DNA of 61,537 nt, filler included, from Circinaria calcarea (Eukaryota), in the NCBI GenBank assembly GCA_051942165.1. It is 6 parts of 6 records of this genome, joined end to end, with 100 filler letters (N's around TTAATTAATTAA, not from the genome) between each part and the next. Parts side by side here need not be neighbours in the genome. Positions count along the whole stretch, not along the records: positions 1 to 10,183 come from JAVECS010000833.1; positions 10,284 to 20,460 come from JAVECS010000834.1; 4 more parts are not named here. One strand, written 5' to 3'. Below the pieces are notes generated by a model. It was given only the letters and a program-made list of their open reading frames with translations, had not been told where the DNA came from and ran no database searches. Positions within the stretch are counted from its first letter, which is position 1. Each line of letters starts with the position of its first letter. Made by a program: the position numbers and the translations under genes. Shown piece by piece: positions 1-10,808 of this stretch.

Positions 1-251
1 AGGGGGGGGGGAAGGGTGTAAGAAGGAAGGAGTGGGAGAGTATGGTTACGGGGAATGGGATTGGATTTGAAAAAAGATTGAATTAGCAATTGTTTTTTTA
101 AGATTAGATATATAGAAAGTACACCGGAATAAATAGAACGCTAGTGATGAATGATGTCTACAAGACTTTGCTCCCCTAAATTCCCCCCTCCTCTTCACCG
201 AAATAATCTCATTATTTCATATATATTCTCTTCGACGTTTTTATTTCCAAA

Positions 252-1124
252 TCATCCAAACACCAAAGCCCTCACCTCGATACTTTCCCTCCCCTTCGCC
301 CCCACCGGCGTCCTCGGATCCACAAACGCCGTATGCGGCACCCTCCCGCTCGAGTTCTCCGAATCGCTACACTGCAACAGCAAACGCTCGTGATTCTCCA
401 TCCCGGACCAGTAATGCCAGCGCATCTCCTCTGTGAACTTGACGCCCGCCGTCGCCCCCGTACGATCCGGGTACCGGTGTTCCACGCTCACGAGATCTTC
501 GTCGCGCACGGTGCTGCTGTCGGCAAAGGCGAGCGGGAAGGACTGCACGGGCCCGTTGAGGGGCCGCCAGACGTTGATGATGCGGTAGCGGGAACGGGAG
601 AGGGAATCGAATTCGTCGGGGAGGTGGTGTTTGACGCGCGCGAGGGCGGAGGCAGGCGTTTGGTCAATGTGTACGCGGATAACGGGAGCGCGGTGGGCGT
701 TGGGGTCTGTACGGCGGATGGTGTGGTCGAAGAGGAGGACGCGCTTGGCACCGGGGACGTGCTCGAGGATGAGCCGTTCGACTTCGGGGTAGTAGACTTG
801 CTTGATGTGGTCGTCGTCGGTGAAGTCGTGCTCTTGGGAGGAAATGTTGGAGAGGGTGGCGAAGGAGTTGTTCTGCAGGTTAAAGGATGATTCGTGGCCG
901 CGGATGTCTTGTAATCGGACGTGGTGCTCTTCGTGGCCAAAGTTTTGTTGGGGGAAGCCTTCGGGGGCCTTTTCGACGTAGTTGAAGGGGACGGCGCCGT
1001 CGGCTGGGGGGGCGTAAAAGGAGAGTTCAGCGGTGACGGGCCCGCGGGGGATGAAGGTGGGGTCTTGGGGTGAGGAGTCGCTGGTCAGGATGAGGGGCTG
1101 GATGGTCTGGGTGGTGGTTGCCAT
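252..1124 (-). CDS. CmcJ/NvfI/AsaB-family oxidoreductase (hydroxylase/desaturase-like)
   Basis: Intronless 290-aa ORF with the family motifs FDHTIRR, VHIDQT, RIINVWRPL, PLAFAD, VPHTAFxDP and RESIEVRALVF. Confidence 0.9.
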   Translation of the reverse strand: MATTTQTIQPLILTSDSSPQDPTFIPRGPVTAELSFYAPPADGAVPFNYVEKAPEGFPQQNFGHEEHHVRLQDIRGHESSFNLQNNSFATLSNISSQEHDFTDDDHIKQVYYPEVERLILEHVPGAKRVLLFDHTIRRTDPNAHRAPVIRVHIDQTPASALARVKHHLPDEFDSLSRSRYRIINVWRPLNGPVQSFPLAFADSSTVRDEDLVSVEHRYPDRTGATAGVKFTEEMRWHYWSGMENHERLLLQCSDSENSSGRVPHTAFVDPRTPVGAKGRESIEVRALVFG

Positions 1125-1449
1125 TTGTGCCGCCGAAGAAGTAAATGTCTATAAGAGATTAAAAAGGATAGCTCCTATGATGTAAACTCGATGCCTTTGA
1201 CGGATGTAATTGCGGTGGAAGAGGGTCCCGGTCTAGATGCTAGATTAATACTCTGATGAATGGTTAGTCTGAGTGTATGAAGTGTAGCAGGCTCTTATAT
1301 ATCTAAGAGCCTTTCGAGTAGATTCGGATTAATCATCCTGAATGGCATCAATCACTTTTGTCATCCAAATTCGCACGTCATTCTCGAAATATCCTCGGGA
1401 TGATCAATCGGAAACGGAAATCGCGGAATAGAAGATCTCACCTAAACCA

Positions 1450-1530
1450 GTCGGCCAATCTGATCACCCGTCCCGGGCTCGGGACTTCAGCCCCGATTGT
1501 GTCCGGGACGGGTGATCAGAATGCCCGACC
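1450..1530. repeat. Imperfect inverted repeat (hairpin) in a divergent intergenic region
   Basis: TCTGATCACCCGTCCCGG (1459-1476) is the exact reverse complement of CCGGGACGGGTGATCAGA (1503-1520). Pairing extends imperfectly on both sides. Confidence 0.85.
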
Positions 1531-1723
1531 GGTCAGAATAGAGGTGAGGCCTTTTCTACTAATCGGAAAAGTGGCCATCGCTAAAATCAACATCTCTCCT
1601 GTTCACTGATTTCTCATCTCAGCGTATTCTGTTTGCTCAAACTAATAATTCTTTTTATAGAATTGTTATTCTCTCAGACTAGTACTTTCTTTTAAAACCC
1701 GGTTTAGTTCATGATTGCGGAGA

Positions 1724-4174
1724 ATGGACCATTTGCCCTTGCCGTCATCCGCCACTACTCACCTCAAGGTACCTTGTATATCCACTGGAAAGTACGACAA
1801 CGGCCCATTCTTATCCTTTCCTATCCGTCAAGGTTGGGAGATTCCAGAATGGATTCAATCCATTGATCAAGATGTCTTACACTGCGGGAAAACTCCTACG
1901 ATTCAAGAAATACATGACTTCCTGCAGACGTGGCTCTTCTTTGGTAGCCTCTGCGAATTATTCGGAAATGCTGTGGATTTGTCCAACTTTGTTGCCACAG
2001 ACGGCTATGGCGGTAAATTTCTTTGCACTCTGCGCATAAAACATACCTTTTGGGACCGGTTTGTGGAGTGCGTAGATGATACGGCCCCTCAGGATACTCA
2101 GGCTGTAGCCATGCGAGGGGAATGTGATCGGATCAAGACTCATTTGGACAATCTTTACTACGCACTCAACACCGTAAAGGAACTTGCAGACTCAGCGACA
2201 GTGACCGCAACCGCGCTGCTCGGGCAGAGTTTGGAGAATATTATAACTACTCTCTACCGTCGCGTATTGAAGATAGAGACCCCTGTCCCCATCCAATGGG
2301 GTTTCGCGTTCTCTGGATGGATCTTTGATCATATGAAGAATCTTGGTTGGTGTCCTAGCACTATTACACAACTGGCCATGGACAATCCCGATCTTTGTTC
2401 GTTATATTATACATCTCGTCTACCACCTCCTTATACGGTCATGGGTCACTCTGCCTGCACTGATGACTCTTGCCTGGCTTTGCAAATAGATCCAAACAAC
2501 TATCATACCAAGCATACTAAGGCTCACTGTCATTGCCCTGAGTTGATCTTGGACGCCCAAAAAATCGGCAAAATTCTACGAGAGAATAGATTACCACTCG
2601 TTGAGATCTGCCCTTACGGAGAGCCTGCAAATGTAAAGATGACGATACGGGTGGATGATGGGAATGTGGGTTTTGTTGCGATCTCGCACGTTTGGGCTGA
2701 CGGTCTCGGTAACATCAAGGATAATTCCCTTCCGGCGTGTTCGTTGCAAGAAGTTTCTAGGCTGGTGAATGAATTACCGAGATGCTCTACACAGCGGGAC
2801 AAACTTGTCCCGTTCTGGATTGATACCGTCTGCGTTCCGGTGGAGCCCGGGGACTTGAAACAGCTTGCTTTGAAGAGGCTGAGAGACCCATACACGCGTG
2901 CCGAGCATGTCCTTGTCTTGGATAACTATCTCCGCACCGTGTGTGCCGAGGGCTGTGACTCGCTGGAGAGTCTTGCCCGCTTGTCCTGCTGTAACTGGAT
3001 AAGGCGCCTATGGACACTGCAGGAAGGTCGCCTGGCCAAGAGAGTCTGGTTCCAGTTCAGAGATAAGGCGATTGAGCTTAAAACTCTCTGGAATGGGCTT
3101 CAACGCCCATCCAAGGAGTTTATAGATTATCTGCCAATGGTAGCAAGTATTGCCACAAGATGGACTGCCACTAACATATTCGACGCAGATGAAAACAACG
3201 ACAATCGTCCCTGGGGACATCCTCTCGGGCTGGTGAAATTACGTTATATATTGTGTTCCCGCTCTGTCAGTGTCACCGCTGATGAGGCCCTCTGTCTGTT
3301 CTGTTTGGCGGGTTGGGATATGGAAAAGATTACTTGTGTTCCCGCATCGGCTCCCTTGAGGATGAGAGTATTTTGGCGTCAGATGCAAACTGTGCCATCC
3401 GGTCTCCTCTTCTCTAAATACTCTCCAAAACTTGATGCACCCGGATTACGATGGGCTCCATTAAGTTTGATGGGTGTTCTACCTCGACATGACTGGGCCG
3501 GATCTCCAGCTGTAGAGAATAACTCTGATGGCATCCCTACAGAACGCGGGTTACTGGTCAGTTTTCCTGGCTTCATATACAATATCAATTGGCACAACCT
3601 ATGTAACGGTTATGGTTTCTTTTTCCGCAGTGCCGGAGACTGGTTTACCATATACTTCGACGAACCTTGGCACCAAGCCCCTGCCTCTGTTACCTCACAA
3701 GAGCCACAGCGGATGGCAGTCATATTGATGAAGCCATTGCAAGTCCTTGCAAGTCGAAACGAACCTTGTGCTTCAGAAGAGCCTAAATGGCCTGAAAGTT
3801 CACGCGGAATACTAGGAATTCTAACTCACGACGACACCGGTATCAGATATGTGAAGGCTCTCCGCCACATAAGAGTCCACGTAAAGGACCCTTTAGAACA
3901 ATTGATCAACGATGCTGCATTTGAATGTATTTCAGCTGGCCTGTGGGATGGCGACTGTTCTCTGAGCCTCTACGAGAGAGCGATGCGAACAACCGAAACT
4001 TACTTTGCGGAACATCCTACGGTTGCTATGGCTTGCCAAAAATGGGCAGCCGGGTCCCCTTATGCCACGGGGCAAGATCGCTTCGCTGCGAGGCTTGTGG
4101 AAATGGCTGAACCGACTTATTATGGTGGGATCGCCGAAAGTTTGACAGAGAAGCAGCAGTGGTGTGCTGACTGA
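1724..4174 (+). CDS. HET (heterokaryon incompatibility) domain protein
   Basis: About 816-aa intronless ORF from ATG 1724 (MDHLPLP). HET motifs FVAISHVWADGLGN, FWIDTVCVP and WIRRLWTLQEG; upstream FLQTWLFFG and GWCPS blocks typical of this subfamily. Confidence 0.9.
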   Translation: MDHLPLPSSATTHLKVPCISTGKYDNGPFLSFPIRQGWEIPEWIQSIDQDVLHCGKTPTIQEIHDFLQTWLFFGSLCELFGNAVDLSNFVATDGYGGKFLCTLRIKHTFWDRFVECVDDTAPQDTQAVAMRGECDRIKTHLDNLYYALNTVKELADSATVTATALLGQSLENIITTLYRRVLKIETPVPIQWGFAFSGWIFDHMKNLGWCPSTITQLAMDNPDLCSLYYTSRLPPPYTVMGHSACTDDSCLALQIDPNNYHTKHTKAHCHCPELILDAQKIGKILRENRLPLVEICPYGEPANVKMTIRVDDGNVGFVAISHVWADGLGNIKDNSLPACSLQEVSRLVNELPRCSTQRDKLVPFWIDTVCVPVEPGDLKQLALKRLRDPYTRAEHVLVLDNYLRTVCAEGCDSLESLARLSCCNWIRRLWTLQEGRLAKRVWFQFRDKAIELKTLWNGLQRPSKEFIDYLPMVASIATRWTATNIFDADENNDNRPWGHPLGLVKLRYILCSRSVSVTADEALCLFCLAGWDMEKITCVPASAPLRMRVFWRQMQTVPSGLLFSKYSPKLDAPGLRWAPLSLMGVLPRHDWAGSPAVENNSDGIPTERGLLVSFPGFIYNINWHNLCNGYGFFFRSAGDWFTIYFDEPWHQAPASVTSQEPQRMAVILMKPLQVLASRNEPCASEEPKWPESSRGILGILTHDDTGIRYVKALRHIRVHVKDPLEQLINDAAFECISAGLWDGDCSLSLYERAMRTTETYFAEHPTVAMACQKWAAGSPYATGQDRFAARLVEMAEPTYYGGIAESLTEKQQWCAD

Positions 4175-4327
4175 TCATAAAAAGAGCGCCATGCAATCGG
4201 CGTATCAAAATGGCACAACGTCCACGTAAGACATGTTCTCTCCCAATCGTAGTGAGGAAAGGAAATAGAGAGAAGGGCCTCATGTGTCTGTGAATCTTGA
4301 AAGCGCGTGGTTAGCGCTGAGTTGGGG

Positions 4328-4385
4328 ATATGAGTATGGGTATGAGTATGGGTATGAGTATGTGTATAAGTATGGGTACGAGTAT
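4328..4385 (+). repeat. Degenerate hexamer microsatellite (TATGAG/TATGGG)n
   Basis: About nine alternating TATGAG/TATGGG-type units in tandem. Confidence 0.8.
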
Positions 4386-4650
4386 CTCAGACCCTGAATA
4401 AGAGTCCGGCAAAACGCAGGAGGCATTGAGAATTGAGAGAAGAAACCAGCGCCAACGACGCTATGGGTTCGAACTTGTGGCGTTTGATCCGGAGGGCCTT
4501 CAGGTGTGGCTTTGGTAGTGATAGGGATACACGCATATACTACTCTAATAATGCATCATCTCGCCGTCACGTTAAGCTTCTCGTTGTATCTAGCAATTCA
4601 ATATCGCCCTGATCGCCCTATCAGCTCAGTTCGTGTCAAACCTTATACGC

Positions 4651-4800
4651 CTATCCCTTAAACCGTCACTCAGGCAGCCATGGCCCGTGCGTTTTTGAAC
4701 GAACCAGTTTTTGGTCCGTGTCAACCTAGCTGGCCAATCCTAACCTTGTATTCAAAAAACGCACGGGCCATGGCTGCCTGAGTGACGGTTTAAGGGATAG
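4651..4800. mobile_element. MITE-like foldback element, possibly Tc1/mariner-derived
   Basis: Arms 4651-4699 and 4751-4800 are reverse complements apart from one base in a T/A run. They enclose a ~51-bp non-coding spacer. TA at 4652-4653 and 4798-4799 could be a target-site duplication. Confidence 0.75.
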
Positions 4801-5489
4801 AGCCTGCCTAAGGGCGGGGTACCCCCTTTTGGCGCAGTGGCAAAAGCTTGACAGTTCGCAACTACAACAGCTAGAGTACTATTGCAACCGCGAGCCATAG
4901 CCATTCCCTCCAACAACTACACTGACCACTACGTGCAACATCCCGACGACTGCGAAATTCAGGGGGTCCTAGGTAGATCTAGTCCAAGGGTCGCTTTCAG
5001 CTTTCATGAGAAGAATAACAATATTCTCATAGATATCCTCCCTTCCCTGAATTAACCTCCGAGCTGGAAATAATGCCCTCAGAATTACCTTCTCGAAAAC
5101 CTTCCCCGAATGCATAGATAGAACAAGAAGCAACGCAAGCAAAGCATGCGATATTCGCCTCCCCCCCCCCGAGTCGTACGCTTTCTTGCCCAAATAATTA
5201 GGGAATTAACCTAGTTTGGACTATTATTTACTATTTACCATCCATCTGTTTTATAATCTATTTTGTTAACGGGGTTTCTTCTCGGTCCTCAGGGCTCAAA
5301 GGGCGTTACGTAGGGGTTTGGATTATATATCTTATTTTATTGCATGATTATATATCCTTACTTTCACTACATGAGATCCGACGACCCGGGACATTTGAAT
5401 GATATTCGTGATTTATTTTAAGGCATTAAAGAGTTATGTAGTTAGACTGCCTTATTTACCATTATTATATACATCAAAGGTGATTCATT

Positions 5490-7001
5490 TCACGCAGCGA
5501 TGGTGCTAAAATCATATCGGGCAAAGACGACGGCGGGTTGGGAGCCGACGGTATAGATCTCGTATTGATCTTGTCCCCCTATTAGTGGTAGTGAATTGCG
5601 TTAGCTTATCATGATGGGAGAATAAATGAGGGTTGGATAGAGGGAGAGAAAGAGGGGACATGGTGGCGTACACTGGGGATTATTAATAGCGTCGATCCAT
5701 TGTTGAGCCTCGATGACGATCTAGTTTGTTGTCTGGTTAACGATGCGGGTTTTTCTAGGATTAGGGGAGCTTTGAGGACATACACAACCGTACTTTTCCA
5801 CATAGGTGGTACTCGATCCGTGCTGCTGGCTCTGCTTGACAGGAATCGTTCCATTCATGCCGCCGCAGCTGTAGATCTGTAGACTCTGCTGGTTGGTATA
5901 CACATCCATTTGGATCCCCGTTACATTGCTGGACAGCGTCAGCACGGAGATATCCGTCGCTTCTGGGGCGGAATAGCGCGGTCGATCGAGGATAAAGGCG
6001 TTGTCGTAGCCGGTGCTGTTGAAACCACTCTTGCGGGCCGAGAGGATGTCGGCGCCGATTTGCTTGGGATTGGTAAAATCCAGGGCGGTGCCGTTAACGA
6101 CGCCAATGGCACCGGTTGGGATGAGGATGTTGTCGATATCGATGTAGCGAGCGGAATAGGGCATATATAGGGTATCGTTCAGGACGGTGGGAGCCTTTGC
6201 GTCGACGAAGGCGCCTAGATTCCAGTAGGCGTGGCTAACGAGCATGATAGGAGTAGGCTTGTCGAGAGGAATGGAGGTGAAGACGTGAGTCCATTGGTTG
6301 GGTGTCACACTGTATGTCGCGTAGGTGATGATGGTTCCAGGAAAGCCCTCAAAGGCTTCGTCGAGGAGGGAGAACGTAATCGAAGAGGTGTTGCGGGAGA
6401 CTACGGTCCAGTTCCGTTGGTCGTATCCCACCTAGGGCATACAGGTTCTCAGATCATGGACCCGAATTCGAAGGGATACTAATACTAACGATTCCCCCGT
6501 GCAGGACATTGGCGCCGTTATGCTCGTTCTCTCGGACGCTAAAGAATGTTTGGCAAGGCTTTCTACGAAGGCAATCTCGGGGGACTCACTGCGAAGTCAC
6601 ACCCTTGACGGTAAAGGTACCGTTCTTGATGCGATTGGCGTATCTCCCTACGATAGGACCATAGTAGGTGTGTACAGTCTCCGAATCCTTTAGATACTGG
6701 GTCGCATCATCGTATCTGGGATGATCAAAGTCAGTCAGAGAAGGCTCTGCCCACAGAAAGATGCGCGAGCGTCTAGATTTTTCGGCATGTGTTGAGGTGT
6801 ATACCCTAATGCAACGTCTTGAGGATCACCATTCCTGTCCCGCACAAACAGATTGGTGAGGCGCGCCCCATACGCTATAAAAGATGCGTTGATCCCCTCG
6901 GCGCTAATCGTATACTTTTCGAACGGAGACGGCACCACCGGTGACTGGGTAAGGACTGAGGGCAGCAATGACAAAACAATGCCGATGACAGAGGATAACA
7001 T
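5490..7001 (-). CDS. Aldose 1-epimerase (galactose mutarotase-like), multi-exon, with a signal-peptide-like N-terminus
   Basis: Spliced motifs GARLTNL, GPIVGRYANRIKNGTF, NVLHGG, GFPG, SHAYWNL, GYDNAF, TNQQSLQIYS and IVIEAQQWIDAINNP. Last exon ends YDFSTIAA* at 5490. Hydrophobic N-terminus MLSSVIGIVLSLLPSVLT. Confidence 0.88.
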
Positions 7002-8015
7002 TTTGATACAACGTTCTGCAGGGGATCCGAGACGAGAATAGCTGATATTTCAATGCGATGAAGCTTCTAAAAACGACTGAGGACGCAACAGGAAACCGGT
7101 ACTGGGACTGGTAAAGCTTTAAGAAGCTTTCAACTCTCCGCCTGCGCTAAGGTTAGGTACGGCGGAAGAATGCATGCACGTCTGCAAAGCTGATCTGCTT
7201 TGCCCGTATTTGTTTGTGCGGGGAACAATTGATACCTACCTAGTCAATCATGGGTACAACAAAAGAAGGCGTTCTTGATACGATGTGGTTGCCAATCATG
7301 CAACGGTTAAAGCCGAAGCTAAACTGGCATTGGCAGGTACGAAATCTTCATGGAATGGTTTGGCCCGACATATGTCGTCCCTTGACGGGGGGGAATCGAT
7401 TCTGAGAAGATCGAGTCATGTCCGGTGACGTAAAAAATCTCCAATGCGGGGAATCCTGGCAATAGAATGGTAAGGTAGTCGGAGAGCCGCACAGGTCAGA
7501 CTTTCACCACGTACATATTAAATAACATGTACCCGATGGATCTGTGATACTCATCTCTCGAATGGACAGCAGCCATCAAGGGATGTATTCTAGTAGATTT
7601 ATCATCCGCAGACTGTCTCGCGGCCTCACTGAAGGCATACCCTATATTATCGAAATAAAAGAAATTCTGATATATTAGAGACACCAAAGCGCTTTTCATC
7701 TCAACCGTAAACTCATCTAATGCTTGGCAGTCTCCTAAACGCAATAGCTTCACGGAGATTCAACCTTTCGCAGCTTTGCTATGCTATTGGCTATTGGACT
7801 TGGGCGCTCGGATAGACCCGAGGGGGGCCGTTTTCATCTTAGCGTAATTAATCCCTTTAGCCGAATTCCCCATTTGTTTACGAACATCACATACAGAGTA
7901 GATTATTGGAATCTTTGCGAGGGCAGTGTTTCATCAGCTTCGTGTCTATCCCAGCTACTGAGTCGCCTGTCATCATCTAGAGCATGTTCATAATATTCAA
8001 CATTTCCTAACCAGA

Positions 8016-10183
8016 ATGACATCCTACGTCAATTCTGCACGCACTTCACCAGATCCTCTTGGAAACTCTCTGGACCATGAAATCGACCTTGCCAGCAGAA
8101 TCAAGCGCGACAGCTCAAACAGCCCCAAGAAACCACTAGGTCGCACGCACGGCAATATAAAACTGCAGGATTTCCATCTGGACACGCCTCCAGCGGGCCT
8201 GACAGCGAGTTCATCTCCAACAAAGTCCATTGCTCAGACGCAGAACCTAGTCAGCCCATTCAGGATCACGGTTACCGTGGAAGCGGAAAGGGACGAGAAT
8301 GGTCAAGGAGGACCGTATGCCGCAGGGTCTCCTACGACAAGGTTGGCGCAGCGCACAACCACTACTACTGTGCCGTTGAAAGGGGCAGACGACTCCTCTC
8401 CCGTTCTTGGTAAGCGGGGCAGAGGGAGACCAAGAAAGTCTATTGATCGCCCCATCAAACGGAAGGGCACGCCAAAACCGGTGAAATCAGTTCGACCAAA
8501 GGCAAATGTCAATTACTTGGAAGATGCGGAGGAGCGCAGTGACTCTGCACCGGAGGCGACTCCGCCTCGAAAGCTGAGAGGCCGTCCAAGGAAGAGCCTC
8601 GGAGCAGATATGAATATCAAGAGTCCGACGAGAGAAGAGACTATGGGAATAGCGAAAACTGGTGGTTCTGTCTCGAAGAGCGAAGGCGTGATGCCGAGCG
8701 CAGCTGGGCAACTTAAAACGAAAGGGAAGAAGGCCATGACGCCGCACAAAGCCGCCACGAGCTTAGGTCCCGACATGAGTACCGATAACGTGCGATTACA
8801 CAGACACGGTAGTCAGTTACTGGACGACTTTGATAGAAGTATAAGGCAGCAACCACTTTCCGCAGCTGGACCAATGGCAACGACCATCCATAGCATCCAC
8901 CAGGGGCATGGACCATTGAACAGTAGTAGGCATTCTCATGTCAATTTGGATTCTCTACAAGACAACGTCGATCGGCCGTCATGTCAGCTGCAATGCTTAC
9001 CCAGTCCTGAACAAAGCATATCCAGTGCAGATGCCAAGGTGCAGTCACATAACACTCATGCCAATGATGATCATCCTGATCCGATCACCGTACATAACGG
9101 ATATGACTCTATCATCGAGAGTGAAGGTTTTAGTATGGTGTCAGTGTCAACGCTGCCATCAGCGAAACAACACCATATCACTCCACCGAGGCTAAAACGC
9201 CCGGGCGCATGTATTCCGGAAATTCCAACACAGTCTAAAGTTCAAGGCCCGCAACTCTTAGGTTGTGTCACAACTGAATGTTCGAGAAGAACCTCGTCAC
9301 GAAAGGGGCATCAACACACCTCCACGAGTTCGCCTACATCCCAGCCAGTTGCAGCCCATTGTTCTCCTGTTCTAAATAACGTCACATTATCTTCTCTTGA
9401 AGGAAATACTGACTTAAGTCGTCAGAATATGGAAGAACAGACCCGATCTCGAACGTCCCCCTCACCTGCTCCAGAAAACTCCATTCGCCCTGTTGAAAAG
9501 CCCATGAAAGATACACCGAAGCTGGCTCGAGTTGTCCGAGCGGGAATTGCTCTAAGAGGTGTCTTGAGCCCCAGGCTTCCCACTCAGGATGACCACTTCC
9601 CTGAGTCTTGTATGAGGGTCAAGCTCTCGGTCAATGATAATTCGCCAGAGGAACGCCTAAATGATCTTTTCAGTGGATTTGGCGCAGGTACGAGACGCGA
9701 ATTGAAGGCCGGACTAAGGTTTGGTAAAGAGCTCGCGAAGAGACAACAACTAGGCGGCCAAGCCGCCAGTTCTAGTCGGACGTCCATCCAGAGCGGCTTT
9801 CAGAATAGCGCGATATCCGGACGGCCTAAGTTGCCAGCCCCAGATATACGCGACGTAGACTCGCGCGACCAACTCCCAAGTCAGACAGAGGTACTATATC
9901 CGAAATTGCCGAGGCAACAACTACCCAGCCCAGAAAGAAGTCAGGACGAATACCACAATGACCAAATGAGCTGGAAAGCTGATACCCCTCTGAAGGCGAT
10001 CCAGAGCACTGGTGCAGATAGTGAGCTCCCTCTCTCTGCTGCGAGTATCAATCACGAAATTGATGAAACCATGCTTCGAAGAGAAGCCGAATGGCAAAGA
10101 GAGAGGGAAGCTATTAGCAAGCAAATTCAAGAGGCAAACACTAGTCAAGTTATAGTGATCAACAGTGATGAGGAGCAAGGAGA
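8016..10183 (+). CDS. AT-hook DNA-binding protein, 3'-truncated at contig end
   Basis: Long ORF with AT-hook motifs KRGRGRPRK and RGRPRK, plus blocks SPFRITVTVEAE, SEGFSMVS and FSGFGAGTRRELKAGLRFG. Runs into the linker. Confidence 0.8.
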
Positions 10184-10283
10184 NNNNNNNNNNNNNNNNN
10201 NNNNNNNNNNNNNNNNNNNNNNNNNNNTTAATTAATTAANNNNNNNNNNNNNNNNNNNNNNNNNNNNNNNNNNNNNNNNNNNN
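10184..10283. other. Artificial contig linker
   Basis: 44 N + TTAATTAATTAA (stop codons in all six frames) + 44 N. Confidence 0.98.
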
Positions 10284-10347
10284 GGGGGGGGGGGGGGGGG
10301 GGGAGGGTTAATAAAAAGAAGATGCTAGCATATCAGAGTGTATATAG

Positions 10348-10808
10348 ATCTTCTTTCAATTCTATAATCTACTAAACTTTGGTACGTCATTCTTTATTCT
10401 GATATCTTCTACGCTGTTGTGTTAAACCAGAGCGAGTCCTTCTGGTTACTTCGATTGCCGTCCCAGCCATTTTGTGCAGAACGTCTCGGGGTAAATATAG
10501 GTAGGTTTATCAGCCTGCTAACGATGGCCAACATGGACTGATATAGATCGAGGTTTACCGTTTGTTGGCATCCGTGTTTGGAATCTCTCAGGCTTCTGGA
10601 TCTGGGGAGAACCCGATCCGGAGGTCGATTTGCGTACCCTCCTTCATGAGATGGTACATGCTCTCTTCCAAATTTACCGCTGTCATGGGCCCTCATGGAG
10701 AGCTGTAATGCGGAGCCATCCAATACATAGCTTCCAGATGTGTACATTTGGAGAAGCTACTGGATAGCGCGCCACCAGGATCTGATTGATGTTGTGAACT
10801 ACGAATAA
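10348..10808 (+). CDS. 3' exons of a spliced hypothetical protein (5' part missing)
   Basis: GT-AG introns can be spliced into an open frame IFFQFYNLLNFERVLLVTSIAVPAILCRTSRDRGLPFVGIRVWNLSGFWIWGEPDPEVDLRTLLHEMLPDVYIWRSYW...VVNYE*. No family recognised. Confidence 0.45.

Noticed and set aside
333..940. Overlapping 185-aa and 150-aa ORFs
   Set aside because: They are shadow frames of the GC3-biased oxidoreductase gene.
4440..4900. tRNA gene suggested by GGTTCGAAC (~4467) and TGGCGCAGTGG (~4830)
   Set aside because: Order and spacing are wrong and no cloverleaf can be folded.
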